DNA from: Myxococcota bacterium
GTDB lineage: Bacteria; Myxococcota; UBA4151
Direction of reading: 5' to 3'
Length of the DNA stretch: 44,812 nt
Assembly (NCBI GenBank): GCA_036338695.1
Contig: JAYZBQ010000072.1
Span: 1-44,812 of the forward strand
Shown here: in pieces, positions 28,443-37,496 of the stretch
Position numbering within the stretch: the stretch's first letter is position 1
Layout: each line of letters opens with the position of its first letter
Made by a program: the position numbers and the translations under genes
The notes under the pieces: model-generated
Told to the model about the DNA's origin: nothing
What the model saw: only the letters and a program-made list of their open reading frames with translations
Databases searched by the model: none

Positions 28443-31163
28443 CTAAAACACTCCCTTGATCCCAAAGCTCGGGATCAGCGGTAACCCGAAGGTATACTCT
28501 TGCTCGGTGAAGTCCGTGTTGTAGCTCACCCCTTCGATGTTTTGACGGTTGGTGGCGTTCTGCAGATCCAGATAGAGCTCAAGCCGCCAGCCTGGGCGCA
28601 GAATTTTGTAATCAGCCCGGACGTCAAGCTGCCAGAACGCGGGGGGGCGGTTGGAGAAAGGCTCCCCTGCGATCGGGATGTACGTTCCGGTGCGGGTGTC
28701 AAAGACGCTCCCTAGGTTGGGTGTCTCGGGGTTCGCCGAGGCGTAGCGGTAGCGGAAGCCTGTCGAGAAACGGGTCGTCCATTTATAGCTCGCCACTGCG
28801 GTAAAAACATGGGTCTGATCAAAGCTAAACAGGCGCCAGTCGGCGTCCTCTCGCTCCTGACGTTCGGAGCGCGACAGAGTGTACGCCAAAAATCCGCTGA
28901 CGGGGTAATCCGCCTTACGCTGACGGATCAGGAGCTCGAGCCCATAGCCCCTCATCAACCCAACGTTCGCCAGGCCACCAACACCCTGCGTGCCCGCTGC
29001 CTCGTCTTGCTCGACGGCGTTCCCCACGGCGTCGAGCACTCGCTTGCCGAACACCGAGCTCTCCACCGAGAACCCATTGGGGTTGGTGAACCCACCGCCG
29101 ACCTGCACGTGACCTGCGTGCTCCCAAAATAGCTGGGGGTTACCAAAAGGCGCAACGGTCTCGTCAGGGCGAGGCGGCTGGCTGTACACACCCAAGCCGA
29201 AGCGTAGGTCAAACCGCTTATCCTTGAGGAAGCGCTTGGTCAGGAAACGCGGCTGGGGATAGACCGCCCAGTTGGCGCCGTCGGTGTCGACCCGAAACCC
29301 GAGCAGGCTCTCCCACAACCCCTGCTTGAGCCGAAGCTCACTGTAAGCCCCCGGTCGAAAGAACACTCCAGGCGAGTCGAACTCGGTGGTCTCGGTGCGC
29401 GCAAAACTGCCAGGTCCCGAACCCTCCTGAGGTCGTCCGCTCGCCTTTCCAAAGACGTTGTACGTGGTTTGTTGATGGTCCACGCCGACGACCCAATCCA
29501 TCGACTCGGAGAGCTTGCGCTGCGCCTCGTGACGCCAACTCTTACGATAGGTCTCGACGGTGAGCTTGAAGGCTTGCGCCAGGTTCACGTCAAAGGACTC
29601 CAGCTGGATGTTGATGGAGCTCTTGTGCCGCCAATCCCCCACCCGAAAAGAGGCGTACGGGCGGATCCGGTGGAACATCGTCAGCGTCGAGATGTCGCCG
29701 CGCACCGACGGGTCAAAGTCAGGCGGCTGCTCGATCGCGAACTTCACCTTGTCCAGCGCCCCTTGGTACACGAAGCCCAGGCGCCCCGTCCCGGTCAGCT
29801 TTCGGTCCCACTTCAAGAAGTAGTCATAGAACCGCGGCGCCACCGTGAAGTCGAGCGGGAGCACATCGGAGACTAAGGGCAGGACCGCGTCGATCCAGCT
29901 GCGCCGAAAGCTCATCCACAGCATATCATTCTTGCCCACAGGGCCTGCCGCAAATACGCTGCCGGCGTACACGTCGGTCTGGATCCGCCTCGTCCACTCT
30001 TCGGCGTGCTTGTCGCGTGTGGTCACCTCGACCACCCCGCCGTGGGACCGACCGAAGCGTGCGCTAAAGTTGCTCGGGACAAAGTCGAGGAGCTCGACGG
30101 TCTCGTTCTCGACGACCCCCTGACCGGTCAGGTGATACAAGAGCGAGGACCGAAACCCGTCGATCATGAACAAGCTGTCGTCAGGCTCCGAGCCGCGGAT
30201 GATGATGAGCGGCGATAACCCTGGGGGGCGCGCCACGCCGGGGAGGGACTGCACGGCTCGAACCACGTCACCGCCGGTACCCGGGATGTCTTCGAGCTCT
30301 TCGCGCGTCAGCCGGACGCGCGTCACCTCACGGCTCGGGCCGCGTCCACGGATGGTCGTCGAGAACCGGTTCACCCGTGTGGGTTCAAGATCAACAGGAA
30401 GCGACTGCGCCTCCTTCGCCGCCAGGGTGACCTGACCCGTCTTCGCTTTGTAGCCGGAAAAGGACGCCGCCCACGCGTAGTCACCCGCCGTCAGATCGGG
30501 GCATCGGGCGCGCCCACGCGCTTGGCTGAGCACCTCGCAGACCACGTCCTCGCCTTGCGTGACTTGGAGGCTCACCCCGACGAGCTTGAGCCCAGAGCCG
30601 AGCTCGCGGAACTGAAACGCCAAGGAGGCGTCCCCCTTCGCCTTCTCAGGCTCAGCCTGCGGCTCCTCTTTGGGCGCCTCAACCGCCAGGATCGGCGCAA
30701 GGGCATCCACCAAGGCAGCCATCCCCTCACCCAGGCGGACCTCCCACCCGCTGACGTCGCATCCCGGGCATTGCAGATCGAGACTCGCCAAGCCTGCGAG
30801 CTCTTGTTCATCTAGGACTTGAATCGAGAGCACGTCAGCGACCGCCCGGTCGATAAACAACGCATAGCGTTTCTTGGACGTACGCGCGGCGCGCCGAAAC
30901 TCGGCTCGGGTCAGCGCCGGGCGCGTGTCGAGGGTTGCTCCGGGCAGCTTCTTGAGCCAGCGAGCGAGCTTCGCCTCGATCTGCTGCCGACTCAGCGGGT
31001 GATCACCCGCCTCGGCGACGCCCACGTTCCAGTCCGGTGACCAGACGACCTCGTCCTGAACGGCAGCAGGCTCGGCGACCTGAGCGGGTGCTGCGGTGCC
31101 TGTACCTTGAGGAGCCGCTTGCCCAAGCACCAACGTGACCATGACTGCGAAGATGGGGGTCAT
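28443..31163 (-). CDS. TonB-dependent receptor with N-terminal extension and carboxypeptidase-regulatory-like domain
   Basis: Plug IPGTGGDVVRAVQSLPGV...IRGS...FSARFGR; barrel AYTLSRSER, FDQTH, QLDVRAD, YLDLQNATN; C-terminal PSFGIKGVF. Confidence 0.92.
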   Translation of the reverse strand: MTPIFAVMVTLVLGQAAPQGTGTAAPAQVAEPAAVQDEVVWSPDWNVGVAEAGDHPLSRQQIEAKLARWLKKLPGATLDTRPALTRAEFRRAARTSKKRYALFIDRAVADVLSIQVLDEQELAGLASLDLQCPGCDVSGWEVRLGEGMAALVDALAPILAVEAPKEEPQAEPEKAKGDASLAFQFRELGSGLKLVGVSLQVTQGEDVVCEVLSQARGRARCPDLTAGDYAWAASFSGYKAKTGQVTLAAKEAQSLPVDLEPTRVNRFSTTIRGRGPSREVTRVRLTREELEDIPGTGGDVVRAVQSLPGVARPPGLSPLIIIRGSEPDDSLFMIDGFRSSLLYHLTGQGVVENETVELLDFVPSNFSARFGRSHGGVVEVTTRDKHAEEWTRRIQTDVYAGSVFAAGPVGKNDMLWMSFRRSWIDAVLPLVSDVLPLDFTVAPRFYDYFLKWDRKLTGTGRLGFVYQGALDKVKFAIEQPPDFDPSVRGDISTLTMFHRIRPYASFRVGDWRHKSSINIQLESFDVNLAQAFKLTVETYRKSWRHEAQRKLSESMDWVVGVDHQQTTYNVFGKASGRPQEGSGPGSFARTETTEFDSPGVFFRPGAYSELRLKQGLWESLLGFRVDTDGANWAVYPQPRFLTKRFLKDKRFDLRFGLGVYSQPPRPDETVAPFGNPQLFWEHAGHVQVGGGFTNPNGFSVESSVFGKRVLDAVGNAVEQDEAAGTQGVGGLANVGLMRGYGLELLIRQRKADYPVSGFLAYTLSRSERQEREDADWRLFSFDQTHVFTAVASYKWTTRFSTGFRYRYASANPETPNLGSVFDTRTGTYIPIAGEPFSNRPPAFWQLDVRADYKILRPGWRLELYLDLQNATNRQNIEGVSYNTDFTEQEYTFGLPLIPSFGIKGVF

Positions 31164-31324
31164 TCATTTCACCGAACAAAAAGGGCGTTGCGACCGAAAA
31201 TCGACCACCGACGACAAAACTGTGACCCATACAAACGACCATTTCAAGCAATTTGGCATGTTCAGTGCACCGAGCAAGCGGCTAAACGACCAATCCGGCC
31301 ACGCAAACCAACTAAATCGACTAT

Positions 31325-31340
31325 TGAAAAATATTTTTCA
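31325..31340. promoter_or_regulatory. Perfect 16-bp palindrome, candidate operator
   Basis: TGAAAAATATTTTTCA equals its own reverse complement; lies in the AT-rich receptor/alkB divergent intergenic region. Confidence 0.55.
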
Positions 31341-31365
31341 CGATCGTGGTTGCGCCGAACGCTCA

Positions 31366-31388
31366 ACCGTTTTATATAACGGTCGTTA
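31366..31388. promoter_or_regulatory. Overlapping inverted repeats, candidate TetR operator
   Basis: ACCGTT-N6-AACGGT (31366-31383) and TAACG-GT-CGTTA (31377-31388), just upstream of the alkB RBS. Confidence 0.5.
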
Positions 31389-31403
31389 CAGAAAGGCACT
31401 CCA

Positions 31404-32477
31404 GTGAATCCAGCGCTCTATTTGACCGTCCTCGTGATCCCTGTCGCTACGCTCATCGGCTTCGCTGAAGGTGGCTTGATGACCTGGGCGTCGCCGCTCC
31501 TGATCTTCGGCCTGCTCCCGTTCGCAGAGTGGGTGTTGCCCGAACCCAAGACCAACGCCACCGCGGCGCTGCCGGTCGCAGAACTCAAAGGCTGGCGCTT
31601 TGACGTCCCCATCTACGTCGCCTCCCTTCTCCACCTGGCGACGCTGGGTGTCTTCTTTCGCACCATCACGACGTTCAGCGGCTGGGAGCTCGTGGGGTTG
31701 ATCGTGTCGATGGGGATCAGCTGCGGCGCCCTAGCGATTAACATCGGTCACGAGCTCGGGCATCGCAAAGGAGACTGGGAGCAGGGGTTTGCGAAGATTC
31801 TGCTCTCCACCTCGCTCTATGCCCACTTCTTCATCGAGCACAACCGAGGACACCACATCCGCGCCGCAACGCACGACGATCCGGCGACGGCGCGCCGGGG
31901 CGAGTGGGTGTTCACCTTCTGGTTCCGGAGCGGCTTGGGCGGCTGGCTCAACGCCTGGCGCCTTGAGCACACCCGCCTGTCGCGTCGCAAGCAACGGGTG
32001 ATCTCGTGGAAAAACGAGATGGTGCGCTGGCAGGCCGGTCAGGTCGCTGGGCTTGCGCTTATCGGCGCAGCGGGCGGTCTGACCGTCCTAGGCTACTTCG
32101 TCATCGCCGCATTCGGCGGCGCCATGTTGCTCGAAACCGTCAACTACCTTGAGCACTATGGTCTCAGCCGAACGTTACGCGCCAACGGGCGCCCGGAGCC
32201 GGTCACCCCGGCTCATTCGTGGAACTCGAACGCGATCCTCGGCCGGCTGCTCCTCTTTGAACTCAGCCGTCACAGCGACCACCACGCCAACCCCCGGCGG
32301 GCTTACGCGGCGCTGCGTCACTTTGACGAGTCACCGCAGCTTCCAACCGGTTACCCCGGGATGATCCTCATGGCGCTGGTCCCGCCGCTGTTCATTGCGG
32401 TCATGGATTCGCGCCTGGACGGGATGACCACCGCCGCCCCTTCCCTCGAGACCGCAAGCGCAACCGCCCATGCCTAA
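31404..32477 (+). CDS. alkB: Alkane 1-monooxygenase (membrane non-heme di-iron)
   Basis: All four AlkB histidine motifs: HELGH, EHNRGHH, NYLEHYGL and LSRHSDHHA; also HSWN and PQLPTGY; multiple TM helices. Confidence 0.92.
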   Translation: MNPALYLTVLVIPVATLIGFAEGGLMTWASPLLIFGLLPFAEWVLPEPKTNATAALPVAELKGWRFDVPIYVASLLHLATLGVFFRTITTFSGWELVGLIVSMGISCGALAINIGHELGHRKGDWEQGFAKILLSTSLYAHFFIEHNRGHHIRAATHDDPATARRGEWVFTFWFRSGLGGWLNAWRLEHTRLSRRKQRVISWKNEMVRWQAGQVAGLALIGAAGGLTVLGYFVIAAFGGAMLLETVNYLEHYGLSRTLRANGRPEPVTPAHSWNSNAILGRLLLFELSRHSDHHANPRRAYAALRHFDESPQLPTGYPGMILMALVPPLFIAVMDSRLDGMTTAAPSLETASATAHA

Positions 32478-33009
32478 AATTGTCGATCACGATCTCCAGC
32501 GTGCCCAGCTGCTCGACGGCGCCTTCGAGTTCTTCGCCGACTGCGGCTACGCCGCGCTCTCCATGCGCAGCCTAGCGAGCCGTCTGCAGACCACAACCGG
32601 TGTGCTGTACCACTACTTTGACAACAAAAACGAGATCTTTGAGCAGGCGCTCATGCGCAGCACCGAGCGCCACATCCGCGACGCGCTGATGACCATCAAC
32701 CTTGAGCAGTCACTCGAGCACCGGCTTCATACGCTGGTCGAGTGGCTGGTCGGGCGCCAAGATGCGCTCAAGCGCACGCTCTTGCTGGCGCTCGACGCTC
32801 AGCGCCAGGCGCCGGACGCTCAGGTCACGATCGCCCAAGCGGCTCAGCGCTTTGGCGAAGTGCTCGAGCAACAGATCGGCGCGGGCAGCGACCTCTGGCC
32901 CCGGATCCTCGGCGCGCTGGTCGCCAGCCAACTCTCGGGTACGCCGCTCACACACGTCGGTCTCAACGCGCTCATTCTTCAGCCGGGCACCCTCATCGAG
33001 GTCGCCTAG
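32470..33009 (+). CDS. TetR/AcrR family transcriptional regulator
   Basis: MPKIVDH...FADCGYAALSMRSLA...TGVLYHYFDNKNEI helix-turn-helix; overlaps the alkB stop. Confidence 0.92.
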   Translation: MPKIVDHDLQRAQLLDGAFEFFADCGYAALSMRSLASRLQTTTGVLYHYFDNKNEIFEQALMRSTERHIRDALMTINLEQSLEHRLHTLVEWLVGRQDALKRTLLLALDAQRQAPDAQVTIAQAAQRFGEVLEQQIGAGSDLWPRILGALVASQLSGTPLTHVGLNALILQPGTLIEVA

Positions 33010-33025
33010 CGCACAGGGCGTGGCG

Positions 33026-34051
33026 CTACGAGCCGCTAAAGAGCACAGCGATAAGGACCATTCCGCCGAGGTTCGCTCCGGCGCAGGTCGCGGCGATCAG
33101 CACGCTGCGCGCGGGCTCTGACGCCGAGACGTTCGCCTGAGCGCGCAAGCCTCGAAGCGACGGCGCCACGAGCAGCTCGCCGACGATGAGCCCATACAAA
33201 GAAGCCAGCAGCGCCAGCGCCATCGCCGGACCGACCGCTGAAGGGTCATCGAGCGCGAACAGCATCTGGGCATAGCCCAGGGTCGTTCCAACCAGCGTGT
33301 AGGTGAGCACGCTCGACCTCAGGTTCTGGACCACAGCGGCGTGTTCGCCCGCCTCCTCTGCGCTCAGCGAGGATCCGCTCAGCGCCGCCTTCAGCGCCGC
33401 TGTGACGCGCCCGCCCCCGTGCACAGCGCAGGTGATGAGGAAGGCTCCGAGCGAGACGAGCCCGAGCGCCGTCAGATCGATAAACGCCAGGAGGTTGTTG
33501 CGTGAGGTCATCGCAGCCACGAGGACGGTCAGCCCAAGCGCTGTACCGAGCGCCCGCTCGATGACGGACGCGTGCGGTGCGTAAGGGCTCCCCTCTAAAG
33601 TGACGGCTGAGGGCTCGAGCCCGACCATGGAGCGCACCATCGGTGCGACCAGGGCTTCGCCAAGGACCACCCCGTAGAGCAGCGGCAAACAGGCGGCCGC
33701 CACAGCGGGACGAAGCGACGACGGGTCAGACATGTCGGCGAGGAGATGAACGAAACCGATCAAGAGCCCGATGGCGCCGCCGATCGACAAGCTGCTGCGC
33801 AAGGTCTGGAGCGTGACGGCGGCCCCTTGCGCCTCCTCAGCGGACCTTGGTTCAGTCATCAGCGCGGCGCGGAGCGCTCGGGACAACGCGCCCAGCCCGT
33901 GCGCCGCCACGGTAAAGCTGACGCTCACCAACAGGACAAAACCGAGGGCGAACGGATCGAGCCCCTCATCGACTCGTTGGGGACTTAATGGGCTAACCCA
34001 CGCCGCCACGACAACACCAGCGGACACCAACAGAAAGGACGCTCGAGCCAT
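33026..34051 (-). CDS. MotA/TolQ/ExbB proton-channel-family protein with two tandem repeats
   Basis: Two homologous halves: IGLLIGFVHLLADMSDPSSLRPAVAAACLPLLYG and VGTTLGYAQMLFALDDPSAVGPAMALALLASLYG, both like MotA/PomA TM3-TM4. Confidence 0.75.
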   Translation of the reverse strand: MARASFLLVSAGVVVAAWVSPLSPQRVDEGLDPFALGFVLLVSVSFTVAAHGLGALSRALRAALMTEPRSAEEAQGAAVTLQTLRSSLSIGGAIGLLIGFVHLLADMSDPSSLRPAVAAACLPLLYGVVLGEALVAPMVRSMVGLEPSAVTLEGSPYAPHASVIERALGTALGLTVLVAAMTSRNNLLAFIDLTALGLVSLGAFLITCAVHGGGRVTAALKAALSGSSLSAEEAGEHAAVVQNLRSSVLTYTLVGTTLGYAQMLFALDDPSAVGPAMALALLASLYGLIVGELLVAPSLRGLRAQANVSASEPARSVLIAATCAGANLGGMVLIAVLFSGS

Positions 34052-34117
34052 CGGCCACCCCCTATCGCAGGCTTTAGACGCACGCCCTCTCGCCGCTATT
34101 CAATCTCGTCCTGAACT

Positions 34118-34876
34118 TTACCAGGGGATCCGGTCGCCATCCCACGCAAAGTGGTACCCCGAATCCTTGGCGCTCAAACCGGAGAGCACACGCAATAGAT
34201 GACCAGTCGACTCCTCGGGCGTCAGCAGCTGGTCTGGCGCTTTGCGTTTGGTGAAGGGATCCGACAGCGCCGTCTTGACCGTCCCGGGGTGCAGCGTGAC
34301 GCAGACCAGATGCGGGCGCGTCCGTTTCGCCTCGATCGCTCCCGTGCGGATGACCATGTTCTGAGCTGCCTTCGAGGCTCGATAACTGTACCAACCCCCG
34401 AGCTGATTGTCGCCGATGCTGCCGACCCGCGCCGAGATGCTCGCAAAGATGGAGCGGCGAGCTCGGGGTAACAGCGGCAGGAGGTAACGCACTGCGAGCG
34501 CCACGCCGAAGGTGTTCACCGCAAACACCTGCTGCATCGCGTCCATGCTCAAGTGTCGCCAGGTCCGCTCCGGTCCAAACTCGGGTGTGTGCAGCAGCCC
34601 CGAGCAGTTGAGGATGACGTTCAGTTCGGTGTCCTGGAGCTCGTCCGCAAGCTCCTGCATCTGGTCCGCCCGCGTGATGTCCAGGCATCGCCTATGGCAG
34701 CGCGCATCCCCTGACGGCTCGGCGACCCACCCTTGATCACGGCTCGTGACGAACACCGCCTGAGTCGTGGTATGGCTTAAGAGCGCCTGAACCATCGCGC
34801 CGCCGACGCCGTCACGCCCGCCGATGACCAGCGCGGTGATCGGCTCATCGAGCCCGAGTAAAGGTTGCGTCGTCAT
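34118..34876 (-). CDS. SDR family NAD(P)-dependent oxidoreductase (C-factor-like subfamily)
   Basis: GGRDGVG, SARVGSIGDNQLGGWYSYRASKAA (YxxxK), LHPGTVKT and WDGDRIPW motifs. Confidence 0.9.
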   Translation of the reverse strand: MTTQPLLGLDEPITALVIGGRDGVGGAMVQALLSHTTTQAVFVTSRDQGWVAEPSGDARCHRRCLDITRADQMQELADELQDTELNVILNCSGLLHTPEFGPERTWRHLSMDAMQQVFAVNTFGVALAVRYLLPLLPRARRSIFASISARVGSIGDNQLGGWYSYRASKAAQNMVIRTGAIEAKRTRPHLVCVTLHPGTVKTALSDPFTKRKAPDQLLTPEESTGHLLRVLSGLSAKDSGYHFAWDGDRIPW

Positions 34877-35568
34877 GGGTTGATCTCCTCTAAAGAGGCT
34901 CGCTCCTCACGCTGGAGCGCGCCGGATCGCTGACATCGCTCGACCCACTCAGACGTTGCGATGTCCCATACTCTATGACCGTCAAAGACCGCTGTGACCG
35001 CGCCGCGCCCGCGACCGAGCTCCAAGAGGTGGCTTCCGAGCTGCTCGAGATCGAACCCCGGGCTCCGCTGAGCACGGCGGGTTGGTTCCCACAGCCCGCC
35101 CTTTCGAGCGCGCACGACGTGACTGAGCACGAGGGTCGTGCGGCGTACGCTCCGGTGCACCAGCGCCACACCTTGCCCTGCGCTCCCGTGCAGCGCTTGG
35201 ACCCCGACCCGATAGCCAGCAGGGAAGCGCCCGAGCGACGCGCAGTCGCTGTGCGCAGCGCTCAGCGCGCCCGGGCCTAGGATCTGGCTGATCGGGAGAT
35301 ACCGCGCCAGGTGGCGAGCCGCTGCGAGTTGCTGCTCATCATAGACGACCACGTACCCCTTACTCCCGAGCTGCTTGAGCTCCTCGAGCACCTCATTTTT
35401 TGGCAAAAAAGGCGCCATAATCACGTACTCGTGCTGCCGCAGGGGAACGCTGACCATACGACTCGGGCAGGCGTCGCCGCCGCGTGGCAACCAGCTCCGC
35501 AGCGCTCCCCCAAGCGCTTGCTCTTTCGCAGACCAGCCTGCGTCGACCATGTTTCTAAGCCACATCAT
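34873..35568 (-). CDS. Hypothetical protein, weak DUF4336-like resemblance
   Basis: Fills the operon gap with an ATGA overlap; SRMVSVPL...LEELKQLG...VALVHRSVRRTTLVL pattern. Confidence 0.5.
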   Translation of the reverse strand: MMWLRNMVDAGWSAKEQALGGALRSWLPRGGDACPSRMVSVPLRQHEYVIMAPFLPKNEVLEELKQLGSKGYVVVYDEQQLAAARHLARYLPISQILGPGALSAAHSDCASLGRFPAGYRVGVQALHGSAGQGVALVHRSVRRTTLVLSHVVRARKGGLWEPTRRAQRSPGFDLEQLGSHLLELGRGRGAVTAVFDGHRVWDIATSEWVERCQRSGALQREERASLEEINP

Positions 35569-35580
35569 AAGACGCTCTCC

Positions 35581-36042
35581 TCATCGACCAACGACCAACG
35601 CCACCGCGACGACGGCTCGCCCTGACCAGAGCACCGTACGCAGCCAGTTGGTGTTCACCAGGCGGCGGTGCGCCCGCCCGTCAAAGCCCTTGGACAGCCG
35701 CGCATGCTGAGGCACCTGAAGCGCTGCGGTCGAGACCCAGATCCCCAACAAAAGCCCCATCCCAGCCCAGGCGAGCCCGGGCTGCCCGTGGATGCTCGGG
35801 TCCATAATCAACAAGGTCGCCAGCCCCGCCTCAGCCAGCATCGGCGGGCCCACGACATGTCCGGTGCGGTCGATGTGCTTGTGCTCGTACTCAACGAAGT
35901 CGGGTACCCGAACGTAGTTCTTGAGCGGGTAGTGGACGTGCTGCACGAACCAGATCACGCCCAACATGACGCTCGTGACCGCTAGGTGGGCAGCGAGTAC
36001 GGGGCCGTGCCAGTTCGTCGGCAGCGAGAGTTCGAGCGCCAT
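35581..36042 (-). CDS. Small integral membrane protein
   Basis: Four hydrophobic segments; MLGVIWFVQHVHYP, QVPQHARL and LVNTNWLRT. Start moved to ATG 36042. Confidence 0.75.
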   Translation of the reverse strand: MALELSLPTNWHGPVLAAHLAVTSVMLGVIWFVQHVHYPLKNYVRVPDFVEYEHKHIDRTGHVVGPPMLAEAGLATLLIMDPSIHGQPGLAWAGMGLLLGIWVSTAALQVPQHARLSKGFDGRAHRRLVNTNWLRTVLWSGRAVVAVALVVGR

Positions 36043-36044
36043 GG

Positions 36045-37496
36045 TTATGCCGCCCGGTCTGACGCCGCAAGCATCGCAGCGGTGTCGGCGCCGCTGGGGT
36101 GTGCGGCGAGCTTTTGGACATGGCGCCGGAAGCGCCACATCACAAACAGGTGAGCCTGCGCTTGGCTCACACGGTAGAGCCACCACGGCAGGCTTGGCGC
36201 AAAATCATGGATGGCGACCAGCAGCGTCTGACGCTCCAAGGTCGAGCGAAACTCAAGATACCCCCGCCCCACGTCGCGCACCAGCACGCCCCCGACAATC
36301 CGGAGTACCAGCCGGCGCTCGTGGCTTGAGTCATGGTCGATCCGTAGCGCCAGGAGCCGCTGACGCCAGCCCGCCAGACGAAACTCATAGCAAGACCGCT
36401 CCTCTGAATAGGTGACGCGGATCACGCCAAAAAACGCTGTGGGGAGCCACTTGAGATAGCAATAGGCAGCCCACGCTGCCGACCGCCCTGACGGCATCCG
36501 GAAGCGCTGCACCGAGTGGACAATATCACCCGCCTTCGCCGGCTGCGGCGCCCGAAACGCCCGCGGCGCGCCTCTTGAATCGTCACGGGCTGCTTGCTCG
36601 AGGTGGCGCCAGATCGACTGCGGCTCAAAGCCCGGGAGTTGGCGCTCGCGGGAAGGGTCGACGAGCATGTCGTGCCGCAGACTCTCGACCAACGGCGCCA
36701 CCAGCGCCTTGGGGGCACCTGTCGTCAGGCTCACCCAAAGGCGCGACAGGCGGGGCGAGAAAAAGGGAACCCGCACGAACCAACGCTTAAGCCCGAGCGT
36801 CCGAGCGGTCGCCTTGAGCAGCTGTACGTAGCTCATCGTCTCGCCCGATGCCACGTCGTAGGTGTGACTCTGCGAGCTTGCGTCTTCGGCGCTGCGTCCA
36901 ATCGCCTGGACAAGGTCCGGTAAGCCGATCGGCTGCATTCTGGACTGGGTCCAGGTAGGGCACACCATCACCGGCAGGCGCCGAACCAGCCGCGCCACGA
37001 GCTGATACGACGACCCCTGCACGCCCACGACCATCCCTGCGCGCAAGGTGGTCACCGGCACGCCCGTACCGCCCAGCGCCCGCTCCACCTCAAGGCGGCT
37101 CGCCAGGTGCGGTGACAGCGCATCATCGCCCTGCGCAGGCAGGAGTCCCCCCACGTAAACAATACGCTTGACCCCGCAGTCCTTCGCCGCCTTCGCAAAG
37201 TTGTCTGCGCACATCAGATCGAGGTCACGGAAGTGTCCTTGCACCAAGCGCGCCGAGGGCATCATACTGTGCACTAGGTAGACCGCCACGTCCACGCCTT
37301 GGAGCGCTGCACGCGTCTGCGACAACGAGAACAGATCTGCACGGCGGAGCTCATGGTAGCCGGTCGGCGTCTCACTCGCCGAGCGCGACAAGGCGAGCAG
37401 CCGGAAGCGGTGCCGCAGCTTCGCGGCGAGCGCTTGCCCAACAAAGCCGGTCGCGCCCGCCACCGCCAGGCGCGGGCGGGCTTGCAGCTCAGCCAC
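36045..37496 (-). CDS. NAD(P)-binding atypical SDR/epimerase (YbjT-like) with C-terminal domain
   Basis: AGATGFVG, AVYLVHSM, SPHLASRLEVE, LRAGMVVG and SRLWVSL motifs. Confidence 0.85.
   Translation of the reverse strand: MAELQARPRLAVAGATGFVGQALAAKLRHRFRLLALSRSASETPTGYHELRRADLFSLSQTRAALQGVDVAVYLVHSMMPSARLVQGHFRDLDLMCADNFAKAAKDCGVKRIVYVGGLLPAQGDDALSPHLASRLEVERALGGTGVPVTTLRAGMVVGVQGSSYQLVARLVRRLPVMVCPTWTQSRMQPIGLPDLVQAIGRSAEDASSQSHTYDVASGETMSYVQLLKATARTLGLKRWFVRVPFFSPRLSRLWVSLTTGAPKALVAPLVESLRHDMLVDPSRERQLPGFEPQSIWRHLEQAARDDSRGAPRAFRAPQPAKAGDIVHSVQRFRMPSGRSAAWAAYCYLKWLPTAFFGVIRVTYSEERSCYEFRLAGWRQRLLALRIDHDSSHERRLVLRIVGGVLVRDVGRGYLEFRSTLERQTLLVAIHDFAPSLPWWLYRVSQAQAHLFVMWRFRRHVQKLAAHPSGADTAAMLAASDRAA

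Noticed and set aside
31221..31236. Second CRP-like site upstream of the TonB receptor
   Set aside because: Only the TGTGA half-site is present; the other half reads CAAAC.
33026..34051. Calling this a flagellar motA or Zorya zorA
   Set aside because: No B subunit, flagellar genes or defence genes nearby; it lacks the MotA cytoplasmic domain and the long ZorA tail.
34118..34876. Calling this gene csgA (myxobacterial C-signal)
   Set aside because: Same SDR subfamily, but the photolyase-operon context gives no support for orthology or a developmental role.
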